A stretch of DNA of 64,000 nucleotides. Source: Acidaminococcales bacterium. GTDB lineage: Bacteria > Bacillota > Negativicutes > Acidaminococcales > JAISLQ01. Positions 1 through 8,535 of the stretch are shown here, one piece after another (within the stretch, counting starts at the first letter, position 1; every line of letters begins with the position of its first letter). Under the pieces are notes generated by a model, which saw only the letters and a list, made by a program, of their open reading frames with translations, did not search any database and was not told the DNA's origin. The stretch is taken from positions 143,397 to 207,396 of the forward strand of contig JAVBME010000007.1 in assembly GCA_031552765.1 (NCBI GenBank), written 5' to 3'. Position numbers and translations under genes: made by a program.

Positions 1-591
1 AGACAGCGCCACGGCCAAAACACCTGCCAGCATCCCGGCCAGCAGCATCTTTCGTTCATCAAGATAAAAAGACCACAAGCCTATGAACATGGAAGTCAAG
101 GCATAGCCGACCAGTTGCGTATCGACGGCTATAAGCTCGCTGCCGAGGTACCCGGCCACATTGCTCAGCAGCCAGGTGCTGTGGGCTATCACATTTAGGC
201 GCACGGCCTCGCCCGGCGACCAGTCCCCTTTTTCAAAAGCCGACAGGTTCATGGCAAAACTCTCGTCGGTTATCTCGTAACCGTAAAAAGCCAAAAAGAG
301 CGGCGACTTTCCTTTCAAATAGCGCACCAGAGTAGAACTGAATAAAAAATGGCGCAAATTGACCACAAAGATAGTCAGCACTATAGAAATGACAGACGCC
401 GACTGCATGATCATAGCCATACTGATAAACTGGCCGCTGCCGGCATAAAGTATCAGGCACATGCCCGCTACTTCCCAGAGGCCCAGGCCAACTTTTTGCG
501 CGAACATACCGCAGGCCAGCCCCATCGGCAGGTAGCCGAGGCAGACCGGCCAGGCCACTTTTAGTACTTTTATGTTAAAAAGATTTGACAT
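1..591 (-). CDS. azlC: AzlC-family branched-chain amino acid permease component (N-terminal part; C-terminus lies beyond the window edge)
   Basis: Own minus-strand translation from ATG at 591: MSNLFNIKVLKVAWPVCLGYLPMGLACGMFAQKVGL..ILYAGSGQFISMAMI... This is a polytopic membrane protein with AzlC-like motifs. The frame stays open to position 1, so it is absent from the ORF track because it runs off the edge. Confidence 0.7.
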   Translation of the reverse strand, partial: MSNLFNIKVLKVAWPVCLGYLPMGLACGMFAQKVGLGLWEVAGMCLILYAGSGQFISMAMIMQSASVISIVLTIFVVNLRHFLFSSTLVRYLKGKSPLFLAFYGYEITDESFAMNLSAFEKGDWSPGEAVRLNVIAHSTWLLSNVAGYLGSELIAVDTQLVGYALTSMFIGLWSFYLDERKMLLAGMLAGVLAVALS

Positions 592-849
592 GTAAATTGC
601 TCCAAGATTTAAGTAAATTCATATAAACAAGTATACAAATAAATTGTTTTTATCGCAAGGCATTCTATTAATTTACATATACTTAAAATATATGCATTTT
701 AAATCTCATTTTTGTATATTAATAGAATTTTGTATACATTAAATTTAAAATATTGCATTTTATCAGAATATGGTTTACAATGTTTTTGCGCAAATAAATT
801 TTTATGCGGAAATATTCATATTAAAATGCATAAAAGGAGAGTGGCAAAA

Positions 850-1935
850 ATGCTGACAAAAGACGAACGCTACCCGTCAGGTTGTTCTATAGCAGGTTTT
901 ATCAACAAGGACGGCCGGCGCGAAAGCGGCAAACGTATAACAGATTGCATAGAAAATATGCACGAGCGTTCCAACGGCCTGGGCGGCGGCTTTGCCGCCT
1001 ACGGCATATACCCGGAATACAAAGAACATTATGCATTGCACCTGTTTTTTAACGACCGGCAAGCACAAAGGAATACCGAAGACTACCTGCACCGGCACGC
1101 CGACATCTACAAAAGCGAATTTATACCCACCAGACGAGTAGACCAAATCATCAACCCGCCTATCCTCTGGCGCTATTTCGTCGTCCCCCACCGGCCGAAA
1201 AAAGAAGGGATAAGCGAAGAAGAGTACCTTTCGGAAACCATCATCCATATAAATACCAAAATCGACGGCGCCTTTGTCGCCTCCAGCGGCAAAAACATGG
1301 GCGTATTCAAGGCCGTCGGTTACCCCGAAGACGTGGCCCGCTTTTATGACCTTGAACAGTACGAAGGCTACATGTGGACGGCGCACGGCCGCTTCCCTAC
1401 CAACACTCCCGGCTGGTGGGGCGGCGCGCACCCTTTTGGCCTGCTCGACTGGACGGTAGTGCATAACGGCGAGATATCGTCTTACGGCGCCAACTACCGT
1501 TACCTCGAAAGCAAAGGCTACCCCTGCATGCTGATGACTGACACCGAGGTCATACTCTATGCCTGGGACTACCTGGTACGCCGCCACAAGCTGCCCTACG
1601 AGATAGCAGCCGGCGTCCTTGCCGCGCCGTTTTGGCACGAACTTGACGGCATGGCCGACGACGAGCACGAAGTGCTGGGCAGCGCCCGCATCGTCTATGA
1701 GAGCCTGCTGCTCAACGGCCCCTTCTCCATCCTGGTCACCCGCACCGGCACGCTCATCGGCCTGACCGACCGCATCAAACTGCGCCCCATGGTAGCGGCG
1801 GAAAAAGGAGATACCCTTTATATCGCGACCGAAGAAGCCGCCCTGCGCGTCATCTGCCCGCAGCCCGAACACATCTGGACGCCCGGCGCCAGCGAACTGG
1901 TCATCGGCCGCCTGAAAGAAGGTGTAGTGGCATGA
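850..1935 (+). CDS. Class-II (Ntn) glutamine amidotransferase domain protein, glutamate synthase domain-1-like
   Basis: ORF 712..1935. Start moved to ATG 850, which has an AAAAGGAGAG SD just upstream. Motifs PSGCSIAGF, HGRFPTNTPGWWGGAHPF and VHNGEISSYG are typical of GltB/PurF-type amidotransferases. The stop overlaps the next start (ATGA at 1932). Confidence 0.85.
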   Translation: MLTKDERYPSGCSIAGFINKDGRRESGKRITDCIENMHERSNGLGGGFAAYGIYPEYKEHYALHLFFNDRQAQRNTEDYLHRHADIYKSEFIPTRRVDQIINPPILWRYFVVPHRPKKEGISEEEYLSETIIHINTKIDGAFVASSGKNMGVFKAVGYPEDVARFYDLEQYEGYMWTAHGRFPTNTPGWWGGAHPFGLLDWTVVHNGEISSYGANYRYLESKGYPCMLMTDTEVILYAWDYLVRRHKLPYEIAAGVLAAPFWHELDGMADDEHEVLGSARIVYESLLLNGPFSILVTRTGTLIGLTDRIKLRPMVAAEKGDTLYIATEEAALRVICPQPEHIWTPGASELVIGRLKEGVVA

Positions 1936-3437
1936 AACATCAACTGTTGCCGGAATTCCACATTGATATAAATGAAAACTGCATACAATGCAAAAAATGC
2001 GTGGCGGAATGCTGTTTTGAAGCGCTAAGTTTCAAAAATGGTAAAATAACCGGCAGCGACCGCGCCTGCGTGGCCTGCCACCGCTGCACCAGCATCTGCC
2101 CCACCGCTGCCATCAGCGTGGGTAAACACCCCTCCTCTTTTCGCGAAAACCCTTACTGGCAGCCGCATTACATCAGCGGTATCTGCAAGCAGGCCAACAC
2201 CGGCGCCAAACTGCTCGGCTCCTGCGGCTGCGATAAGCCTTACCCTGTCTACTTCGACCACCTGCTGCTTGACGCCTGCCAGGTGACCAATCCTTCGCTC
2301 GACCCTTTGCGCGAGCCGATGGAGATACGCACCCACCTCGGGCAAAGGCCGGAAAGCATCAAACTGGAAGAAAAGCCTGGCGGCGGCTACAAACTAGCGG
2401 AAAAATTGCCGCCGCGCATCCATCTTGATACCCCCATCATGTTCGCCGCCATGAGCTACGGCGCTATCAGCCTCAACGCCCACCGGGCGCTGGCCAAAGC
2501 CGCCGCCCAGTGCGGCACTTTGATGAACGTCGGCGAGGGGGGCCTCCATAAAGACCTTTATCCTTATGGCAAAAATATCGTCGTACAATGCGCCTCCGGT
2601 CGTTTCGGCGTCAGCCTCGACATGCTGGAGACAAGCGCCTTCATCGAAATTAAAATCGGCCAAGGCGCCAAACCGGGCATCGGCGGCCATGTACCGGGTG
2701 AAAAGGTGGACGAGAACGTATCCGCCACCCGCATGATCCCGGTCGGCACGGACGCGCTGTCGCCCGCCCCGCACCACGACATATATTCTATCGAAGACCT
2801 GCGCCAGCTCATCTTTGCTCTTAAAGAAGCGACCAACTACGAAAAACCCGTAGCAGTCAAAGTATCCGCCGTGCACAACATCGCCCCTATCGTAGTCGGC
2901 TCGGTACGGGCCGGGGCGGACATCATCGCCATCGACGGCCTGCGCGGCTCGACCGGCGCCGCGCCTACCATGATAAAAAACAATGTCGGCATCCCTATAG
3001 AGATAGCCATTGCTACAGTGGACGAGCGGCTGCGCAAGGAAAACATCCGCCACCGCGCTTCCATCGTCGCCGCCGGCGGCATCAGAAACAGCGCCGACAC
3101 TTTAAAAGCTATCGCGCTTGGCGCGGACGCCGTATACATAGGACAGGCCGCCCTCATCGCCATGGGCTGCCGCATCTGCCAGCAATGCCACACCGGAAAA
3201 TGCGCCTGGGGCATTGCCACGCAACGGCCGGAGCTCACCTCACGCCTCGACCCGGACGAAACCGCGCAGTTTTTGTCCAACCTGGTACGCGGCTGGAGCC
3301 TCGAGATAAAAGAAATGCTCGGCGCCATGGGCGTCAACGCCCTAGAATCCGTCCGCGGCAGCCGTGAACGCCTGCGCGGCATCGGCCTTACGCAGAACGA
3401 ACTGGAAATACTCGGCGTCAAGCCGGCGGGGAGGTAA
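1932..3437 (+). CDS. Glutamate synthase FMN-binding (domain-2-like) protein with N-terminal 2x[4Fe-4S] ferredoxin module
   Basis: CIQCKKCVAEC and CVACHRCTSICP ferredoxin motifs. These are followed by GltS signatures VGEGG, KIGQGAKPGIGGHVPGEKV, SPAPHHDIYSIEDL and GLRGSTGAAP. Confidence 0.9.
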   Translation: MKHQLLPEFHIDINENCIQCKKCVAECCFEALSFKNGKITGSDRACVACHRCTSICPTAAISVGKHPSSFRENPYWQPHYISGICKQANTGAKLLGSCGCDKPYPVYFDHLLLDACQVTNPSLDPLREPMEIRTHLGQRPESIKLEEKPGGGYKLAEKLPPRIHLDTPIMFAAMSYGAISLNAHRALAKAAAQCGTLMNVGEGGLHKDLYPYGKNIVVQCASGRFGVSLDMLETSAFIEIKIGQGAKPGIGGHVPGEKVDENVSATRMIPVGTDALSPAPHHDIYSIEDLRQLIFALKEATNYEKPVAVKVSAVHNIAPIVVGSVRAGADIIAIDGLRGSTGAAPTMIKNNVGIPIEIAIATVDERLRKENIRHRASIVAAGGIRNSADTLKAIALGADAVYIGQAALIAMGCRICQQCHTGKCAWGIATQRPELTSRLDPDETAQFLSNLVRGWSLEIKEMLGAMGVNALESVRGSRERLRGIGLTQNELEILGVKPAGR

Positions 3438-3442
3438 ATGAT

Positions 3443-4189
3443 ATGAAAAAAGTGACTATAGACGCCAGCGGCCTCTCCTATCACGACCTCAACCAACTGA
3501 TCAAAAACGCCGCAAAGGGCGGCGCGGACGACATAGAAGTGGCCAACCTCAGCGGCCAGCGTTATATCGGCAGCGGCATCAAAAAAGAAGTCGCCCTCAA
3601 ACTGCACGGCACGCCTGGCTCAGATCTCGCCGCCTTCAATTACGGCCCGCGCATCGAAGTGTTCGGCTGCGGGCAAGAAGCGGTGGGCAACACCATGAAC
3701 AGCGGCGATATCACCATCCACGGCCACTGCAACGACGTGCTTGGCATATCCATGCGCGGCGGCAGTATTTTCGTGCGCGACTACGCCGGCTACCGCGTCG
3801 GCCTGCACATGAAAGAATACCAGGACATCGTCCCGACCATCGTCATCGGCGGCCCGGTCGGCCACTTTCTCGGCGAATATATGGCCGGCGGCGTCATTCT
3901 CGTCCTTGGCCTCAATTCGCGCAACGGCGGCTCGCCTATCGCCGGTAATTTCATAGGTACCGGCATGCACGGCGGCGTCATTTACCTGAGGGGCGAAGTA
4001 CAGCCAGGCCAACTAGGCAAAGAAGTCAGCGTCACACCCATGGAAGAAGCCGACCGGCAAACCGTGCGCCAGCTAGTCAGCCAATACTGCCAGCGCTTTG
4101 GCGACAACGAAACAGAAATACTGGCCGCGGAATTCACCAAACTCAAGCCGATATCCTCACGCCCCTACGGGCAACTCTACGTATCGTAA
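3443..4189 (+). CDS. GXGXG-motif protein (glutamate synthase domain-3-like beta-helix)
   Basis: Repeated GxxGxxG motifs (GQRYIGSG, GCGQEAVGNTMNSGDITIHG, GGVILVLG, GTGMHGGVIYLRG). Lies 5 nt after the previous gene. Confidence 0.85.
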   Translation: MKKVTIDASGLSYHDLNQLIKNAAKGGADDIEVANLSGQRYIGSGIKKEVALKLHGTPGSDLAAFNYGPRIEVFGCGQEAVGNTMNSGDITIHGHCNDVLGISMRGGSIFVRDYAGYRVGLHMKEYQDIVPTIVIGGPVGHFLGEYMAGGVILVLGLNSRNGGSPIAGNFIGTGMHGGVIYLRGEVQPGQLGKEVSVTPMEEADRQTVRQLVSQYCQRFGDNETEILAAEFTKLKPISSRPYGQLYVS

Positions 4190-4305
4190 AAAACATTATA
4201 CGGCTTACCAAAAGGTATGCCGACAAAACGTTTTATGTTATAATTTAGGCAAATACAGAAAGGAGGTAGAGAGCAAGCCAAAAAAATCGAAAAGAGGTGT
4301 CAGAT

Positions 4306-4533
4306 ATGTCCGGCTGCACAAAAGGCGGCCCTGGCGAATATAGCAGCCTCAGCGACAGCAAGGCCTACAAACCCGCGGACTTGAAACTACCCGTCCGCCA
4401 CGACAACGCCGACAGCATAGCAAACAAGTCGGATAACCTTAAAATACAGGCCAGACGTAGCGTAGCAAAAGCAAAAGAAGCTGTGTCCGACGCCTTCAAA
4501 GAAGTCAAGGAAAAAGCTGATAAACATACTTAA
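4306..4533 (+). CDS. Small hypothetical protein (75 aa), Lys/Ala-rich C-terminus
   Basis: ORF 4297..4533. ATG 4306 is preceded by AGAGGTG, with an extended -10-like TGTTATAAT upstream. No recognisable domain. Confidence 0.35.
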   Translation: MSGCTKGGPGEYSSLSDSKAYKPADLKLPVRHDNADSIANKSDNLKIQARRSVAKAKEAVSDAFKEVKEKADKHT

Positions 4534-4612
4534 CACCAGCCCTATAAGGGCATGTTACCGTCCTATGCCTAAAGTCATTCTGAAAGATTTGCCAACCGCA
4601 CCACATTTTCTG

Positions 4613-4643
4613 GCAGCCCCTGCATAAGGGGCTGCTATTTTCG
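4613..4643 (+). terminator. Rho-independent terminator after the glutamate synthase/small ORF unit
   Basis: GCAGCCCC-TGCATAA-GGGGCTGC stem-loop followed by TATTTTCG. Confidence 0.6.
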
Positions 4644-4649
4644 TTACAC

Positions 4650-4682
4650 AAGAAAAAAGACAAAGGGCAATCCCTTGTCTTT
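4650..4682 (-). terminator. Terminator after the response-regulator gene
   Basis: GACAAGGG-ATTG-CCCTTTGTC hairpin (one bulge) followed by a T-run on the minus strand. Lies immediately after the stop at 4687. Confidence 0.55.
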
Positions 4683-4686
4683 TACC

Positions 4687-6015
4687 CTACTTCTTATTCT
4701 TCAAAATCCCATACCGCTGCATCTTGTTGCGCAGCGTCGTCCTGGTTATGCCCAGCTCGTCCGCCGCCCGGGAAATATTGTAGTTATACTTTTCCAGGCA
4801 GTCCATTATCGCCTTGCGCTCGCTCTCCTCCAGCGTCCAGGCTATCGGCTCGTCGCTCCTACTGCTCTTTATCTCGTCCGGCAGGTCGCAAACCTCTATA
4901 GAACTCTTTTGCGACAATATTATTATCCGCTCTATCGTGTTCTTCAGCTCACGCACATTGCCCAGCCACTCGTAATTTACCAAAAGCTGCATCGCGTCTT
5001 CTTCGACGCCGGTTATCGGCGACTCTATACGCTCTTTATAAAAGCGGAGAAAATAATCCACCAGCGGCCTTATATCCTCCCGCCGCTCGCGCAGCGGCGG
5101 CAACCGCACCGGGATGATATTCAGCCGGAAAAACAGGTCCATCCTAAAAGCCCCCCTGGCCATCTGGGCCTGCAAATCCTTATTGGTCGCCGCTATCACC
5201 AGCGCGTCAAAATCCAGCTCCTCTGTCCCGCCCACCTTGCGGTACTTCTTGCTCTCCAAAACGCGCAGCAGCTTGGCCTGCAGCTCCAGATCCATATCGC
5301 CGACCTCGTCCAGGAACAGTATCCCGTTATGCGCCTTATCCAGCAGCCCGGCCTTGTCCTGCTTGGCCTCGCTGAACGCCCCCTTCTCGTAGCCAAACAG
5401 CTCGCTCTCCTGCAAGGTTTTAGGTATCGCCGCGCAGTTTAGCGCCACAAAATTCTTGCCCGCGCCAAAACTCTTCCATATATAATTGGCCACCACTTCC
5501 TTGCCCGTACCGCTCTCGCCCTGGATGAGGATATTGGTATTATGCCGGCTCTTAGCTATTTGCGCCACCGTATCCTTGATAAACCCCACAGCTTTACTTG
5601 ATCCGGTAAAAGGGTTCGTCCCCTCGTCAAAAGTGCTGATAGGCGCGCGTTTTTTTATAAAACTCAACGCCTCGGCGATAGACGCCGACACCTCTTTTAA
5701 AGAAAACGGCTTGGTAAAATAATCATACGCCCCCAGCTTCATCGCCTTGACCGCCAATTTCGCCTCATTCATGAAAGTTATCATGATGACCACCGTCTTT
5801 ATCTTGGCCTCATTTACCTTATTTAAAACATCCAGGCCGCTGATGCCCGGCAGCTGGATATCCACTATCGCCAGGTCGATATCGCCGCCGCGCAGCGCCT
5901 CCATCCCCTTCTCGCCCGACTCGGCCGCAAGCACCTCTACCCCCTCCAGCTTCGAGAGCTGTATCCTGAGCGAATGCCTTATGCTCATCTCGTCGTCTAT
6001 TATCAGTATCTTCAC
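4687..6015 (-). CDS. Sigma-54-dependent response regulator (REC-AAA+-HTH, NtrC family)
   Basis: Receiver DIDLAIVDIQLPG, Walker A GESGTGKE, ESELFGYEKGAFSEA loop, C-terminal Fis-type HTH (ISRAADELGITRTTLRNKMQRYG). Confidence 0.9.
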   Translation of the reverse strand: MKILIIDDEMSIRHSLRIQLSKLEGVEVLAAESGEKGMEALRGGDIDLAIVDIQLPGISGLDVLNKVNEAKIKTVVIMITFMNEAKLAVKAMKLGAYDYFTKPFSLKEVSASIAEALSFIKKRAPISTFDEGTNPFTGSSKAVGFIKDTVAQIAKSRHNTNILIQGESGTGKEVVANYIWKSFGAGKNFVALNCAAIPKTLQESELFGYEKGAFSEAKQDKAGLLDKAHNGILFLDEVGDMDLELQAKLLRVLESKKYRKVGGTEELDFDALVIAATNKDLQAQMARGAFRMDLFFRLNIIPVRLPPLRERREDIRPLVDYFLRFYKERIESPITGVEEDAMQLLVNYEWLGNVRELKNTIERIIILSQKSSIEVCDLPDEIKSSRSDEPIAWTLEESERKAIMDCLEKYNYNISRAADELGITRTTLRNKMQRYGILKNKK

Positions 6016-6033
6016 CCTATCACCCTTTCCGCC

Positions 6034-8187
6034 TCAAAGCGGCAGCGAAATTATAAAGCAACTGCCCCCGCCCGGGCGGCTCTCCACACTTATGCCACCC
6101 CCGTGGTCGCGTATTATCTTATAAGCTATCGACAGCCCGAGGCCTGTCCCCGCCTCTTTGGTCGAATAAAACAAGTCGAAGATCTTCTCCCTGTCCTCTT
6201 CCGGTATCCCCTCGCCGTCGTCGGCAAACGCCACCAATATCCGCTCGTCCTTCTGGCATATCCCGATGCTTATCTCCCCGTCCCTTTCTATCGCCTGCAC
6301 CGAATTGCTCAAAATATTGATAAACGCCTGCTTTATCCCGCGCCGGTCCACCCTGGCGAACGGGTGCGGCATCTGGCAATCGAACACCACCCTGATATTC
6401 TTTTTCTCTATCTCCGCCTTCAATATCGCCAATATCTCATAAATAATCTGCTGCACATTGGACACCGCGTAAATAGGCGAATTCTGCCCGGCAAAATGCA
6501 GGTAATTTATCACTATCTCATTAAGGTCTTTTATCTCCTTGCTTACCAGTGCTATTATCTCCGCCCGCTCCGCCTCGTCCGCCTCCTCATAAGCCTCCAG
6601 GAGGTTCGCCAGCCCGGCCAGCGGGTTGCCTATCTCATGGATGACCGACGAAGTGAACCTCCCCAGCGTGCTTATCCGGTCGTCGCGCTTCAAGCGCTCT
6701 TCCATCACCCGCTCATTCTCCACATTTTTAAAGAAAAACACAAAACCGTTCTGGCTGCCGTCCGCATCGCGCAGAGCGGAAATATTCACCAGACAGCGTA
6801 TCCGCTTGCCATTGCTGCGGCATATCCGCTGCTCAAAGTCGCTCACATTCCTCCCCGTCTCGGTTATCTCATCGATAACCCGCGGAAAATCCACATCCAG
6901 CGCCTGGTATAACAAATCCACCGGCTCGCCCAAAAACCGGCCTTTCGCATAGCCCGTGATATTCTCCAAAGCATTGTTGAAAATTATCACCCGCCCCTCC
7001 CGGCTGGCCACCAGTATGCCGCTGCCCGCGCTCATGATGATATTGTTCAAAAACTGCTGCAAACGGCTCTCGCGCAGTAGCGCCCCCTCCAGTTGCACCA
7101 TCTTGTCGTCCAGCCGGCCGGCCATCTCCTTAAACGCCCTGTACAAATCCCCTATCTCGTTTTGGTATTCATCCTTAAAATCGCTGTTGTCAAACTCGCC
7201 CCGACCCAGCCTCTCCACACTGCTCACCAGCTTCTTCACCGGCTCGGTTATCCGCCGCACCAACAGCAAACCTATAACAAGGCCCACCCCCAAAGTACCG
7301 AAAATCATGCCGCGCAGGCGGTCGGTCAGGGCGTACACCTCCTCGAGGATCACATCCTCGCTCTGCTCGAGCATGATCATCCAGCCAAGATTGCCCACAT
7401 AAGTTATCACATCATAATACACCTTGCCGCCGCGCGTCATAATGCCCGCGCCCTCCGCTTTCTCCGCCAAAAGCGTGTACAGGCCGGTACTGCGGCCGTT
7501 CATCTTGACCGCAAAATCCTCCACCAGCACCACCTCATTGCTCAGGTTGCGCTCCGGGTCGGCCATCAGCGCCCCCGCCGCGTCCACTATGCGTATGCCG
7601 CCGTTGAAAGGCTTCTTATTGTCCCGCGCTACCCGGTGTATATTGCTTAAAGATATCCCCGCGCCCAAAACCCCTATCACCTTTCTATCCTCGTCCAGCA
7701 CCGGCGCCGCCACCACAAAATGCGGCACTTTCAGCACCCGGCTCGTGTACATGCGGCTCACATACACCTCGCCCGTCGCCATCACATGCTGGAAATAATC
7801 GCGGTCGGTATAAGTATAATTCGCCTGCGCCTGCGGGTTGGCCGGGTTGGAATAAAGTAGCCGCCCGCTTTGGTCATGGAAAAACACCAAATCAAACTGC
7901 GCGTAATTCTCATACAACCGGTCTATCTCATAACGAAGCCTCTCCATATCGCGCGGGTTTTTATTTATCTCGCGCGTCGAAGCCCGCATCACCCGTACCG
8001 CATCCTCCATATAAAGAGACAGCTTGTCGCCAATAGCCCCCGCTATAACCAGGTTCTTGTCCAGCGCCTCGTTCATCGCGTGGTTTCTCACGATATTCGT
8101 GATAACCACCGCGTTCAAAATATTCACCGACAACACAAATACTATTATCACCGCCGGTATCATAAACTTAAAACTGCGTATCCGCAT
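6034..8187 (-). CDS. Sensor histidine kinase (TM-Cache-like-TM-HAMP-PAS-HisKA-HATPase)
   Basis: N-terminal TM segment, about 270-aa extracytoplasmic region and second TM segment. HAMP-like linker, PAS-like segment, H-box SSVIHEIGNPL, G-box GTGLGLSIAYKII. Lies 18 nt upstream of the regulator gene. Confidence 0.9.
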   Translation of the reverse strand: MRIRSFKFMIPAVIIVFVLSVNILNAVVITNIVRNHAMNEALDKNLVIAGAIGDKLSLYMEDAVRVMRASTREINKNPRDMERLRYEIDRLYENYAQFDLVFFHDQSGRLLYSNPANPQAQANYTYTDRDYFQHVMATGEVYVSRMYTSRVLKVPHFVVAAPVLDEDRKVIGVLGAGISLSNIHRVARDNKKPFNGGIRIVDAAGALMADPERNLSNEVVLVEDFAVKMNGRSTGLYTLLAEKAEGAGIMTRGGKVYYDVITYVGNLGWMIMLEQSEDVILEEVYALTDRLRGMIFGTLGVGLVIGLLLVRRITEPVKKLVSSVERLGRGEFDNSDFKDEYQNEIGDLYRAFKEMAGRLDDKMVQLEGALLRESRLQQFLNNIIMSAGSGILVASREGRVIIFNNALENITGYAKGRFLGEPVDLLYQALDVDFPRVIDEITETGRNVSDFEQRICRSNGKRIRCLVNISALRDADGSQNGFVFFFKNVENERVMEERLKRDDRISTLGRFTSSVIHEIGNPLAGLANLLEAYEEADEAERAEIIALVSKEIKDLNEIVINYLHFAGQNSPIYAVSNVQQIIYEILAILKAEIEKKNIRVVFDCQMPHPFARVDRRGIKQAFINILSNSVQAIERDGEISIGICQKDERILVAFADDGEGIPEEDREKIFDLFYSTKEAGTGLGLSIAYKIIRDHGGGISVESRPGGGSCFIISLPL

Positions 8188-8490
8188 GCCCTACCGCCTT
8201 TTGACCCGCCGCCGCGCCGGGCGGCCTTTATTACACCTTTATTTTAACATAGCCCCGTAAGGGCGGGCAATGAAAGCACTCCAATGACATAACAGCCTCT
8301 GCCCCCGTAGGGGCTGGCGCCCCTCTCAGGCGAGATGCTCTCGCCCATCCGAGGACTAGCCCCGACAGCCCGCAAAACACAAATAATTTTGCCGCAAAAA
8401 CACACCAACCCCGTGCTCATCTTCGCCCCGCTAGTCCTTGGGAAGGAATGCACAGCATTCCAGAAAGGAGCGTCCCGCAATACTTATCTT

Positions 8491-8522
8491 ATAAAAAATG
8501 CCCGGGAATAAATTCCCGGGCG
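8491..8522 (-). terminator. Rho-independent terminator after the permease gene
   Basis: Minus strand reads GCCCGGGAATTTATTCCCGGGC followed by ATTTTTT. Lies 14 nt after the stop at 8536. Confidence 0.7.
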
Positions 8523-8535
8523 CTTTACTTGCCAC

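Noticed and set aside
771-790. TGG...TTGC string (TGGTTTACAATGTTTTTGCG) upstream of the glutamate synthase operon as a possible sigma-54 promoter
   Set aside because: The GG-to-GC distance is 16 nt rather than the required 12, and the -24 region lacks the CAC. It does not fit the -24/-12 geometry.
1633-1648. TGGCACGAACTTGACG resembling a -24 element
   Set aside because: It lies inside the amidotransferase coding region. The -12 part reads TGAC rather than TTGC at the correct offset, and there is no downstream gene start.
877-1872. 331-aa ORF on the minus strand, antisense to the amidotransferase gene
   Set aside because: It lies entirely inside a well-supported plus-strand gene. The translation is low-complexity (Ala/Gly/Arg/Val-rich) with no motifs. 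This is a typical antisense artefact of GC3-rich coding sequence.
4675-8260. Series of plus-strand ORFs (4675..5442, 5974..6912, 7093..7650, 7870..8247 and others) opposite the kinase and regulator genes
   Set aside because: All overlap the two clearly recognisable minus-strand signalling genes. Their translations are repetitive Leu/Arg/Pro/His-rich sequence with no domains.
8244-8480. 78-aa minus-strand ORF in the kinase upstream region
   Set aside because: It has no SD, and its odd composition is dominated by the GC hairpins. It is treated as a structured non-coding leader instead (see finding).
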